The notes under the pieces: model-generated
What the model was told of the DNA's origin: nothing
Database searches by the model: none
The model's input: the letters and a program-made list of their open reading frames with translations, nothing else
Assembly (NCBI GenBank): GCA_965240325.2
Contig: OZ251236.1
Span: forward strand, 868,001-932,000
Source of the DNA: Rebecca billardiae RCC1528
Lineage: Eukaryota; Protista; Haptophyta
DNA: 64,000 nt
Direction: 5' to 3'
Part shown: in pieces, positions 1 through 10,553 of the stretch
Position numbering within the stretch: the stretch's first letter is position 1
How the letters are laid out: each line of letters opens with the position of its first letter
Position numbers and translations under genes: made by a program

Positions 1-823
1 ACGCCGCCATGCACCCGCACGCGGCGCACGCGGCGCAGGCGGCGGCGCAGGCGGCCGCGCAGCAGGCGGCCGCGCAGGTGGTCGCCGCCCAGCACGGGCT
101 GCACCTGCAGCAGCCGCCGCCGCACGCGCACCCGCACGCGCTGCATGCGCAGCCCACGGCGCAGGCGCAGCTCGGCGGCGCGCGCGTCGCGCACGTCCCC
201 CCGGTGCACGCGCACGCGCATCCGGCGGCCGCGGCGGTGATGCACTCGCACTCGGCACACCACGCCCACGGCGCGCACGCGCACCTGCAGCCGGGCGCGG
301 CGGCGGGGCACCAGGTGCACGCGCCGCACCACGCGGCGGCGCACGCGCACGTGCACGCGCACGCGCACGCGGGCCACCCGGCGCACGCGCCGCACGCGCC
401 GCACGCGCAGCACGGCGCGGGGCACCCGATGGCCGCGGGGCACGCGCAGCCGTACGGGGGCCAGCAGCAGCGCATGGCGCACGGCGGCGGCCACGGCGGC
501 GGCCACGGCGGCGGCCACGGCGGCGGCCACGGCGGCGGCCACGGCGGCGGCGGCGCCCCGATCCACATCGTCGTCGCCACGGACCAACACGGCAAGCAGC
601 TGCAGCACACGCACCCGCAGGCGGTGATGCCTCACCACGCCGCGCGCGCGGCGCCGATGCAGCAGCCGGGCGCGGGTGCGGTCGCGCTGGCGCAGCCGAT
701 GGCAGGCTCGCCGTATGAGGCGCATGCGCATGCTGCGCAGCACGCGCAGCACGCGCAGGGGCACGCGCACGCGCACGCGCACGCGCACGCGCACGCGGTG
801 GCGCAGCAGCAGGCGCAGCAGGC

Positions 824-859
<36 letters not shown>

Positions 860-910
860 GCAGCCGCAGCCGTCGCCGCAGCGGCTGCATGCGCAGCAGC
901 AGCAGCATGC

Positions 911-965
<55 letters not shown>

Positions 966-1883
966 GCGCTGCAGCAGCAGCATGCGCAGCAGCAGCAGCA
1001 GCAGCAGCAGCAGGCGCAGCAGCCACAGATGGCACAGCCGTTGCACCAGCAGCCGCCGCAGTCGCAGCAGCAACCGCAGCAGCCGCAGCCGCAGCGCAGG
1101 CGCACCTCCGCTGCGCCCTCGCCAGTGCCAATGGCGGGGGCTACGCTCGAGCCCGGGGCGCCGCCGCCCGGCGCGCCGCCGCCCGGCGCGCCTGCTCCGA
1201 AGCGCGGCGGGGCGCCGACGCCGCCGCCGCAGGCGCGCACAGAGGAGCCCCCCGACGGCGCGAGAGGGGCGCCCGCGGGCGCTCTGCCCTCGGCCGACGC
1301 ACTGGGTGGCCCGTTGGCGCGCACACCCACGCCGCCGGCCGCGCCGCGCGACGCCGCGCTCGCGCTCGGCACCGCCGCCGCCGCAACCGCTCTGCTGGCC
1401 CCGCCGAGCGTTGCCGCCGCGGAGGCTGGCGCCGCCCCGGCGGCGCGGCGCTCGCGCACGCCGACCCCGCCGCCGGAGGCCGTGCTGCGGGCAGTCGATC
1501 CGCAGCCTGAGCAGGAGCAGCGGCCGCGCACGCCGCCGTTCGGCGGGTCGGACGAGGACGAGGCGGAGGTGCCGGGCGGCGCCGGCGCGCTTCTGCCGCC
1601 CGTGCCGCCGCCCGCACCGCCGCCCGCGCCGCAGGATTCGCATGGCATCGCGCCGCGCTCGCCGGCGCGCGCGTTGCCCGGCGCGATGGATGTCGAGGAG
1701 CAGCCGCTCGCGCCCGCGCCGCCGCGCCCTGGGCTGGCGGCCGGCGGCGCGGGGCAGGCTGCACTGCTGCCCGCAGCAAGCACCGCGGATGGCGGCAATG
1801 ATCATGATGGCGGCGCTGAGCAGGGGCAGCAGGGCGAGGGCGGCGCTGATGCCGGTGGCGCCGCCTCGCCGATGGAGGAGTAA
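1..1883 (+). CDS. Low-complexity His/Ala/Gln/Pro-rich protein, probably the 3' part of a gene starting before the window
   Basis: Open frame to TAA at 1881-1883 with (HA)n, (GGGH)n, polyQ and Pro-rich tracts. AT-richer intergenic sequence follows. No domain recognised. Confidence 0.6.
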
Positions 1884-2378
1884 TCGTCGTGACTACAGTA
1901 GTGTGCAGCATCCCGTTCGCGGCTTCGAATCGAAGGAGCCCGCGCGTTTCAATAATATAGGATAAGACTATACAGGCGGTTCAGACGCGATGATTTTCAG
2001 CCGCCCGTTCCTAACTCCGCTAAGTGCCTTTAAGTGGCGTGTGACCACGTCCACTGCGGGATAACGACGGCGTATTGCGTAAGGCAACGGTGCGGGGAAC
2101 GCCCCTGGTGCATCGTGACACTGACACTGGTCAACTATACTGACGACAATAAGTGACAGCAGTGACACCGGCCTGCGCTCAGCGCTGTTGCCTGTGAGTG
2201 TGCCCCGTCGCCCGGCTGGCAGCCGGCTCACCCGGCTGGGCAGGGGGGAGCCAGCGCTGGGGGCGGCGGCGCCGCCCGGACCCACCAGGCCGCTCGGCAA
2301 GGTGGGTAGGTGAGCTCCAAAGCTTGGGCCAGCGATGGCGGCTGTAGCCCGGTGGTAACCGCCTTCGAGACGCAGCAC

Positions 2379-5300
2379 ATGGGCGCGGCCGTCCAACTGA
2401 GCGCGCAGGCGCGGAGCGTCGCCGCGGCCCTCGGCTGGGGCACCGGCTGGGTCCTCCTCGGCGACCCCCGCGACGCGCTCACCGTCGGCGTGCTCGCCAT
2501 GCTCGAGCAGTGCGGAGACCGCTATCTCGTCGTCGAGATCCCCGCGGAGGGCATGCTGCGGAACGCGTGGGTCGAGTTCGTCGCGGGCGGGCCCGAGGAG
2601 CCGCCCGCGCTGCTGGTGAACGGGCGCGACCTGTACATCGGGAGCAGCGTCATCGTCATGTGGCTCTACCTCCGCCACGGCCTCGGCGACGGCGCGCAGG
2701 TGGCGCGGCTGAGCGCGCTGATCGATGTGCTCGCCGAGAACGAGGCGGGGCTCGAGGACGTGCTGCGGCGCTGGGGCGCGCCGGGGCTGGTGCGCGGGCG
2801 CGACAGCAGGCCACGCCCCGGCGGCGCGGCGGACGGCACGCCCGATGGCGCCGAGGAGGGCGCGCACGGCGGCGCGCACGAGCGTGAGGACCAGTGGCTC
2901 ACTGAGCGCGTGCGCGCGGCGCACGCGGTCTGCGCGCACCTGGACGCGCTCGTGCGCAAGAGCCGGGGGCGGTACATGCTGGGCGACGCGCTCTCCGTCG
3001 CCGACTGCCTCGCGCTCCCCTGGCCCGGCGCGCTCAGCCTCGCCGGCCTCGACGTGCGCGCGCGCTACCCCGCGCTGCACGCGTGGGGAGATTTGATCTC
3101 CCGACCCGAGCACAGGCCTAAGGGCAGCCGGCGCTACTTTGAGCATCTGGCGGCGCTGCGCCCGCCGACGGATGGGCGCGGCGGGATCGAGGACCAGCGC
3201 CTCTGGGCGTTCCGCGGCGCGCCCTCCGTCGACGAGCGCGCGCGTATCGCCGAGCGCGCGCGCGCCGCCGGCGCGGTGATGAACGTCTCAGCGCCAACCT
3301 CGGATCTGCCGCTGACGGCGGCGCAGCGCGGGCGCGCGGACGCGGCGGAGTCGGACGCGGCGTTGGAGGAGGCGAGGTCTTCCGCAGCAGCCGCGGCCGA
3401 GGCGCGCTCCGCCGACCAGCCCGCCGGCGCCTCCGACGAGGCCGCCTACCATCGGCGCAGCGCAGATGCGGCGCGGCGCGCGGCCGCGGGCGGCACGGGC
3501 GCGGGCGAGGCGGTCAGCGAGCGGTTGTCGCGCGGCGCGGCGGCGCATGCGCCGGCGGAGTTGCTGCGGCTGCTGGCCGCGGCGGACGGGGACGCGCGGG
3601 CGGAGGAGGCGGTGGTCTGGGCGATCGCAGCCTGCGCGACGCGCGCTCCCGCGCGCGCGGAGCTCGCCCAACACGGCGGCGTGCCTGCCCTTGTCTTACT
3701 AGCCTTGCGCGCGCAGCCAGCGGCGGGAGGTGCGGGCGCGCCCGCGGCCGACGCGGCCGACGCGGCCCGCGCGGCGGAAGCGGGCCCTGCGGGTGGGCCG
3801 ACTGTGCCGGATGGCGGCGACGAGGGTGGCGTGGTGGAGGCGGCGTCGGCAGCTCTGCGCGAGCTCGCCGTCGACCCTGCAACGATTCTGCTCCTCGCGA
3901 CGGCGGCGGCAGAGCTCGGGCGCGCGAGCGTCGGCGGTGGCGGCGCCGCTGCGCTGAGCGTGGGCGGTGCGCACGAAGGCGCGCGGGCCGAGGTGGCGGC
4001 GGAGGCGGCGGCGGCAGCGAGCGTGGCCGTGGCGCGCGCGCCGAGCGCTGCGGACGCCGCCGTGGGTGCAGCGCCGGAGTTGGCGGAGGCGGCTGCGCAG
4101 ACGGACGAGCCCCTCGAGGAGCCAGCCGTGCCGCCGACGCCGCCGACGCCGCCGACGCGCGCGCCGACACCGCCACCGCCCGCGCCGATGTGCTTCGAGA
4201 CAGAGGGCCAGACAGAGGGCGCGGTGCGGCTGGCCGCGCCGATGGCGGACGCGGAGGCGCAGGTGCCCGAGCCAGGGCTCGCTGCGCCCGATCCCGCCGC
4301 CGCCGCGCCCGCCCCCGCCGCGGCGGCCATGGCTGACAGCAGTTCTCAGACTGACGCCACCGCGCCAGCGGCCAAGCCAGCCGCGGCCGCGGACGCGGCC
4401 GCGCCGAGCGCGCGCATCGAGCTGCGGATCAGCGTGAGCGTCGTGGTGCCGCCGCCCGCCGCGGAGGAGGCACCAGCCGCCGTGGCCATGGGCGAGGCCG
4501 CTTTTGCCGTGGCAGCCGCGGCGCCGCCCGCTGCTGCCGCCGAAGCCTTCGCCTTGCCTGCCGAGCCGGCGCCGGCGCCGGCGCCTGCAGCGGCGCTCGC
4601 GCCCGCGGCCGAGGATGCGACAGAGGAGGCGGCCGCACCGGCCGCCCCGGCGACGGCTGACGCGGGCGCGCAGGCCGCGGCGCCGTGCGCGGACGCGGGC
4701 GCGCAAGCCGCGGCGCCCTCCGCGGACGCGGACACTCAGGTCATGGCGACGTCCGCCGACGCTGCAGCACAGACTGCCGCCGAGGCGGGCGCGCCGGCCG
4801 CGGGCGCGCCGGCCGCGGGCGCGCCGGCCGCGGGCGCGCCGGCCGCGGGCGCGCCGGCCGAAGCGCTGGCCGCGGCCGAGTTGGCTCCCGCCACGGCGGC
4901 GCACGCCGACGCGAGCGTGCAGACAGAGCGCAGGCCACGGCGCCCGCCTCGCGCCGCCGCGCCCGCCGCGGGCGGCGCCGGCGTGGTGTCGGGCGTCGGC
5001 GCCGTTGCTGCCGCCAACGCCGACGCCGACGCGGTCGCCGACGCCGACGCGGTCGCCGACGCCGACGCGGACGCCGACGCCGACGCCGACGCGGACGCCG
5101 ACGCCGACGACGGCGCCTTCACCGAAACTTCCGACGAGGAGGCCCAGGAGGAGGAGGCCGGCGCGGGCGCGGAGGCCGCGCGGCGCGCGCGCGCCGCCGC
5201 CTCCATCCAGCGCGTCTCGCGCGGGCGCGAGGCGCGCGCGCGCGCCGACGCCGCGCGTCGCGAGGCGGCGGCGCGGCGCGCGCGCGCCGACCGCGCGGCG

Positions 5301-7292
5301 CGCGCCATTCAGGCTCGGCGTAAGGGCGCGCGCACGCGCCAACTGCTAGCGCTGGCGTTCTACGCGCCGGACCCGGCGACGGCGCGCAGCGCGGCGAGCA
5401 CGCTCGGCGTGGCGGCGTCGCGCGTCGGCGCCGCCGCGCAGCAGCTCGCCTCCGACGCCGAGCTCGCGCAGCTCGTCGCCGCGCTCGGCGGCACGGTGAC
5501 GCCGCGCTCGCGCGAGGCGGCCGCGGCGGGCGGCGGCCGCGCCGCCGAGGGTACTCGGGAGGAAGCGGCCTTGACGCTGGCCGAGCTGGCGTTCGAGGCG
5601 CCGGCGGCGCTGCGGCGGTCGATGCTGCGCGCGGGCGCGGCGACGCAGCTCGTCGCGCTCCTCGCCGCCGCCGACTCGGACAGCGCGGCGGAGGCCGCGG
5701 CGCGAGCCCTGTGCAACTTGGCTATGGACGATGACTCGTGCGCCGCGCTCGCGGGCGCTGGCGCGGTACCTCCCCTCGTGGCGCTGTTGCGCGCGGCGGA
5801 CGAGGGGGCGCGCGCGACGGCGGCGCGCGCGCTGTGCAACCTGGCGGCGGCAGACGGCGCGGCGCAGGCCACCGTGAGCGCCGGTGCCGTCCCTCGCCTC
5901 GTCGCGCAGCTCGGCGCGAGGACGGAGGCGGCGCGGCGCACGGCGGCGCGCGCGCTTGGCGAGCTTGCTCGCAACCCGAATACACGCGACGCCGTAGTCA
6001 CGGCCGGAGCCATCCCGCGCCTCGCGATCCTGCTCTCCGCGCGCGCGGCGGCGTCGCGCGCCGCGGCGGCGCGCGCGCTCGCGCAGCTCGCCCGAGACCC
6101 CGACGCGGCCAAGGCCATCGTGCAGGCCGGCGCGGTCCGTCGGCTGGTCGCGCAGCTCGGCGCCGCTTCTGCCAACGCTCGCGGCGCGGCCGCTAAGGCC
6201 CTTCGGCATTTGGCCGACGACGACTCCGCGACGCGCGCCCTCCTCAAGGCGGACGGCGCCGCGCGGCTGGTGGAGGCGGCGCGCGAGGCGAGCGCTCCGG
6301 AGCAGGACCCGGCGGCGCGCCACGCCGTCGCCGCCGCGCTGGGCGCCCTCGCCACCAAAGACGACGCTGTTGTCTCAGCCATCGCAACCGCGGGCGCCAT
6401 TGGCGCGCTCGTCGCGCTGCTCAGGGCGCGCGGGCCGGGCGCGGACGCGACGGCGGAGGAGGCGGCGCGCGCGCTCGACGCGATCGCGCGGTCGGACCAC
6501 GCGCGGCGCGCGATCGCCGCGGCGGGCGCCATCCCGCCGCTCGTCGCCCTCGCCACGCCCACGCTCGGCGCCGCCGCCGACGCGGACGGCGGCGGCGCGG
6601 GCGGCGCCGCCGACAGCGCCGCGGCTGAGCGCTTGCGGCGCGTGTGCGCGCGCCTACTTCGGAACCTCGCGCGCGACGTGCCGACGACACGCGACGCGAT
6701 CACGGGCGCGGGCGGGCTCGGTGCGCTGCGGCCGACCACCTCGCGCCCGGCCGCGCCGCCGCCGCCCCGCTCGCCACTCAGCTCCTTCTCCGCCGGTCGG
6801 CTGCGCCCTGGCTCTGCGGGCTCGGGCTCGGCCGCCAAGCGCGCCTCTGCGGCAGCTCTCGCCTTCTCCGGGGGAACCGCCGACGCGCGCTCGTCAGCCG
6901 ACGCGCGCTCGTCGGTCGCGCGCTCCGAGCGCTCGTGCGCCGCGCAGCAGCCCGGCAGGCCCTCGAGCGCGGCGAAGAGCGTGCCCAGCCCTCCGCGCTT
7001 CGGATGGCGCAGAGGTCCGTCCAGTGTCGCGTCGGCGTCGCAGGACGGCGACGGCGCGGCGGCGGCGGAGGGGCGGCAGAGGCTGGCGCCCGCGCGCTCG
7101 GCGGCGGCGCGGCTGCGGCTCTTCCGATCGCCGGCGGGCAGCAGCGGCGCGGCGGGCGCGGGCGCGGTCGGCTCGTCGCCGCGAGTCGAGCCGCGGCGCG
7201 CGGCGCTGCCCGCCGGCGGTGGCGCTGCGCCTGACGAGCGCGCCCGCCGCGCGAACAGCAGCCCAGCGCTGCCGCCGCTCACAGTTGGGTGA
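2379..7292 (+). CDS. GST-like domain + IQ motifs + armadillo-repeat protein
   Basis: First in-frame ATG at 2379. GST-like PPALLVNGRDLYIGSSVIVMWLYLRHG and YMLGDALSVADCLALPW...YPALHAW...SRP. IQ-like IQRVSRGREAR and IQARRKGARTR. Repeated ARM units (AGAVPPLVALL...AARALCNLA). Confidence 0.75.
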   Translation: MGAAVQLSAQARSVAAALGWGTGWVLLGDPRDALTVGVLAMLEQCGDRYLVVEIPAEGMLRNAWVEFVAGGPEEPPALLVNGRDLYIGSSVIVMWLYLRHGLGDGAQVARLSALIDVLAENEAGLEDVLRRWGAPGLVRGRDSRPRPGGAADGTPDGAEEGAHGGAHEREDQWLTERVRAAHAVCAHLDALVRKSRGRYMLGDALSVADCLALPWPGALSLAGLDVRARYPALHAWGDLISRPEHRPKGSRRYFEHLAALRPPTDGRGGIEDQRLWAFRGAPSVDERARIAERARAAGAVMNVSAPTSDLPLTAAQRGRADAAESDAALEEARSSAAAAAEARSADQPAGASDEAAYHRRSADAARRAAAGGTGAGEAVSERLSRGAAAHAPAELLRLLAAADGDARAEEAVVWAIAACATRAPARAELAQHGGVPALVLLALRAQPAAGGAGAPAADAADAARAAEAGPAGGPTVPDGGDEGGVVEAASAALRELAVDPATILLLATAAAELGRASVGGGGAAALSVGGAHEGARAEVAAEAAAAASVAVARAPSAADAAVGAAPELAEAAAQTDEPLEEPAVPPTPPTPPTRAPTPPPPAPMCFETEGQTEGAVRLAAPMADAEAQVPEPGLAAPDPAAAAPAPAAAAMADSSSQTDATAPAAKPAAAADAAAPSARIELRISVSVVVPPPAAEEAPAAVAMGEAAFAVAAAAPPAAAAEAFALPAEPAPAPAPAAALAPAAEDATEEAAAPAAPATADAGAQAAAPCADAGAQAAAPSADADTQVMATSADAAAQTAAEAGAPAAGAPAAGAPAAGAPAAGAPAEALAAAELAPATAAHADASVQTERRPRRPPRAAAPAAGGAGVVSGVGAVAAANADADAVADADAVADADADADADADADADADDGAFTETSDEEAQEEEAGAGAEAARRARAAASIQRVSRGREARARADAARREAAARRARADRAARAIQARRKGARTRQLLALAFYAPDPATARSAASTLGVAASRVGAAAQQLASDAELAQLVAALGGTVTPRSREAAAAGGGRAAEGTREEAALTLAELAFEAPAALRRSMLRAGAATQLVALLAAADSDSAAEAAARALCNLAMDDDSCAALAGAGAVPPLVALLRAADEGARATAARALCNLAAADGAAQATVSAGAVPRLVAQLGARTEAARRTAARALGELARNPNTRDAVVTAGAIPRLAILLSARAAASRAAAARALAQLARDPDAAKAIVQAGAVRRLVAQLGAASANARGAAAKALRHLADDDSATRALLKADGAARLVEAAREASAPEQDPAARHAVAAALGALATKDDAVVSAIATAGAIGALVALLRARGPGADATAEEAARALDAIARSDHARRAIAAAGAIPPLVALATPTLGAAADADGGGAGGAADSAAAERLRRVCARLLRNLARDVPTTRDAITGAGGLGALRPTTSRPAAPPPPRSPLSSFSAGRLRPGSAGSGSAAKRASAAALAFSGGTADARSSADARSSVARSERSCAAQQPGRPSSAAKSVPSPPRFGWRRGPSSVASASQDGDGAAAAEGRQRLAPARSAAARLRLFRSPAGSSGAAGAGAVGSSPRVEPRRAALPAGGGAAPDERARRANSSPALPPLTVG

Positions 7293-7361
7293 ATCCTGCA
7301 GACTGCTGGCAGCCGTACTGCCAGCAGCTGCGCTAGCTGATGCGCTGCGTGTTGATTCGTA

Positions 7362-7413
7362 CTACAGTTTACTTACTAAGAATAAGAGACGCACACAGCT
7401 CAGTCGCAGGCAG
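7362..7413 (-). repeat. Dispersed repeat R (CTGAGCTGTGTGCGTCTCTTATTCTTAGTAAACTGT), copy 1
   Basis: Reverse complement matches 30437-30473 and 56547-56583, apart from a 4-bp insertion. Confidence 0.85.
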
Positions 7414-7513
7414 ACAGAATGAGAAGTAGCCTGACGCCCGCCAACTGCGGCACTCTGCGGCATCACCGCCCATGAAGCCGTCGCCGATGGTAGCGCCGCC
7501 GGAAAAAATCGTT

Positions 7514-7660
7514 CAGCCGTCCGCCTGCGAGGCCTGGATGAGGGCTGCGGCCGCCTCGCGGCGCGCCAGCGCCCGTCGTCCTCGCCCCACCGTCGTCCAC
7601 AAAACGTCGTCGTCCGAACTCGCCGACTGGGCACCGATGCGACAGCGCGCCGACAGGATG
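7514..7660 (-). repeat. Dispersed repeat S (~150 bp), copy 1
   Basis: Reverse complement aligns with 55931-56092. Lies 5' of repeat R in the same relative orientation at both loci. Confidence 0.85.
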
Positions 7661-8966
7661 AGGATGTAGTAAGGAATGTGGAGCCCCACTGTCGGTTGGG
7701 GAAGGTGTGTAATTCACTGTGTATATCAAGGGGCATGACTGGGGTAGCTTATCACACAGAAGACCTGGCCCTCAGGTGATATGTGCCCCAGTGTGGCGTG
7801 TCGGCCTCAAAGCCGGCGGCAGGGTTCTGTTGCCCGGAGCAGGGTTTGCTGGCTCACCGCAGCTGCGTGGGCCCGGGGCGTCTGGCTGTTTGCCGCTTGC
7901 GGGCCGGGGCCGGCACTGACGCCACTCCGCCAGCTTGTGCTGGCCTGCATGTATGGCTGCTGCCCAAGGTCGGCCTCGGCGGGCTGCTTCCGGGCAGGCT
8001 GTGCCTGCACGCCGGGTGCGCGCGAAGCGTCGTCGTGCTGGTGTGGAGCTGCAGTCGTGCCTGCTGCGCGCGTGCGGGCTGCGGCGCTGGCACAGCCTGG
8101 CAGACTTGCGTAGGGGCGGGGCCTCAGGCACCGCAGGCGTCGGGGGTCTGGGCTGGACAGGAGCGGGGGCGCCAGGCCAGAGAGGCTGCTGCAGGGTATC
8201 GGAATCCGGGCGGCTCCGTTTGGCCGGCGGGCCACGCCCCTCCGCAGGGGGGTCGCCACGCGGCGCGATATCTTTGCAGGCAGCCCATGGGGTGGGGTGG
8301 CTTCCATCGTTGGGGCTGGGGGGCGGGAAGCGACAAGCGTTGGGCACGGACGACGTGCTGAGAAACAGAGAACATTCTTTCGGGAAGCAGAGATGGGAAT
8401 GAGGACGGCGACATCATCATGAAGCAGTCGTCGCGATAAATATTACTACGATAAACTGCATCGTCATGGAATAAGTCTGGGTGCTGTTCATGAGGAACCA
8501 ACCGGGGACGAGGCTTATTTACGCTTACGTTTAGCAGAGGTACGTGATTGGCTATCGACGACAAGCGCAGCAACATGCATCTATCCCTTTCGCGGGACGA
8601 AGGTTCGATCGGGAATTCCCGTGAGTTCACGTGGTACCCCCCCCCCCCCCTAGGTCGGTCTTCAGCCGGGGGACGTCCGCTTTTGTACCTTGTTGATCAC
8701 CCTGGCGCTTGCCAACACTGATCGATGAATACAACACTGATCGATGAATACAGGCAGCAACGACGGCCCACAGATTCGTGCGTTGACCGAAAGACCGCAC
8801 GTCCGCAGATGCCCTACGATTGCTCAGGTTGGGGGGTACGGAGGGGGTACTCATTGGACCGTACTCATTAGCGGTCAACCGGCACAGAATCGGTGGGGTC
8901 AACCAGCCTGCAAGACAACATCAATCGATCTGCTGCAGTGAAGTGTGAGCTCCGCAACCTGCCGCC

Positions 8967-10097
8967 ATGGAAGTGAGCGCGGGCGCGGTCCATCAGTATT
9001 CATCCACGGGGACATGCAGCATGCATCCCTCGCACCTGCAGATCGCCGTGATGAGGCGCGCATGTTGCCGGCTGAGCGGCGATCATGAGCCCGAGGACGA
9101 CGCGCGCGGCGCCAAGCGGCAATGCGTCAACTTCATCGCCTCCACGCCACCACCACTGTCGACGACCACGCAGGCGCTGGCGGGCGCAGCTGGCGCGGGA
9201 CAGACGAACGACCCGGAGCCGTCCATCCAGTCGGCTCTCGACAGCGTCATGCATGACGCTGCGGTGGTTGCTGAGCTGGACCGCTTGCTCTCGTGCAAGG
9301 CGGAGGCTGCGCGTATCGGAGCACTCTCGTCGCCATGCCGGGCTGTGCAACGGACATCCCCATCGCCGTTCGACTTTGTGCGACGCGTGCTGAGCGAGGA
9401 CCCCGCGCTGTCACCGCTCAAGGCGGCATCAATTGATGCTGGCCGCGACGCTGCTCTCGCGGTGGCGGGGGCGCCATCATCGACACGCCCGCTGCCTGCT
9501 CTTGCGCACCCGGCCGCGACGGCAGAAGAAGCCTTCACCCCGGATTGCCCGCAGCCCACGTGGAATGCCCGGGCGTGGGGAGCTGCTCTGCCGCACGGGC
9601 TGGCCCACGCATCGCGCTTTGCGGCAGAGGGCACCTACTCGCACGGCTTCACGCCGGCCACTGATGTCGTCGCTGCCTACGATGCGCCCCAGGCGCCGCG
9701 TGTGCTCACTACCGCGGGCTCCTCCTCCACCATGTTGCCTGATGCCGTGACGAATGGCATGCCTACCATAATGACGCCGACGATGGGCTTCTACTCGCTG
9801 GCCCCCGCTGCAATGCCGTTGCTTGCGCAGTCCGTGCAACCTGTCACCCAGCGGCAGCTCCCGCACACAGGGTTCATCGGCGTGCGCTGCCGCCAGTCAG
9901 CGAGACCGGGCGAGCGGCAGCACACGAAGCCGTATCACGGGCGCGTACGGTACAAGGGCAAGGAGCACTACACGCGCTTCTTCGCGTCGCCGGAAAAGGC
10001 CGCGCGCGCGCGTGACGAGCTCGTGGTCCAGCTTGGCCTTCACCACTCGCGAAAGTTGAATTTTGCTTTGCCGGAGTCCGACTCACAGCATATATAA
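8967..10097 (+). CDS. AP2/ERF-domain transcription factor
   Basis: C-terminal TGFIGVR...YHGRVRYKGKEHYTRFFASPEKAARARDELVVQLG...KLNF matches the AP2 consensus. Confidence 0.8.
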   Translation: MEVSAGAVHQYSSTGTCSMHPSHLQIAVMRRACCRLSGDHEPEDDARGAKRQCVNFIASTPPPLSTTTQALAGAAGAGQTNDPEPSIQSALDSVMHDAAVVAELDRLLSCKAEAARIGALSSPCRAVQRTSPSPFDFVRRVLSEDPALSPLKAASIDAGRDAALAVAGAPSSTRPLPALAHPAATAEEAFTPDCPQPTWNARAWGAALPHGLAHASRFAAEGTYSHGFTPATDVVAAYDAPQAPRVLTTAGSSSTMLPDAVTNGMPTIMTPTMGFYSLAPAAMPLLAQSVQPVTQRQLPHTGFIGVRCRQSARPGERQHTKPYHGRVRYKGKEHYTRFFASPEKAARARDELVVQLGLHHSRKLNFALPESDSQHI

Positions 10098-10553
10098 TAT
10101 TCTGAGTGATGACTGAATTGATGATGACTGATGATGATGACGACATTGATTTCATACTGCTAGTGCTCGTCTGGACTAGGACAGCTCGTCGTCACAGTGC
10201 GCCCGTCGTCTCTGGCAGGGGTCAACCGAAGCCAGAGCTAGCAGTCATCATCAACGACATATATAATACCGACGATGATGGGCGCTGCTGCGCCTGAGAC
10301 TGGCCACAGCTCGTAACAGCTGCCGGCGCCGCCGCTGCGGCCCGGCGACGACGTAATTAATTGCCATGGGACCGCGCGGAACTCGTCGTCATTAGCCAGG
10401 AGGACAAGGACCGGGCGCTGTAGTCGACCGCGGCGCCGTCATCGTTGGGTGCGCCGAGGTGCGCTAGATCACTACCTGATCAGCACCCGATGCAGCCCGC
10501 CAGTGAGCCTGCGCGCCGCGTGCTGCGCCGACGGCCGCGGCATGCCAGCCATC

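Noticed and set aside
7772-8402. Overlapping ORFs upstream of the AP2 gene
   Set aside because: No recognisable domain or consistent codon bias; possibly decayed sequence.
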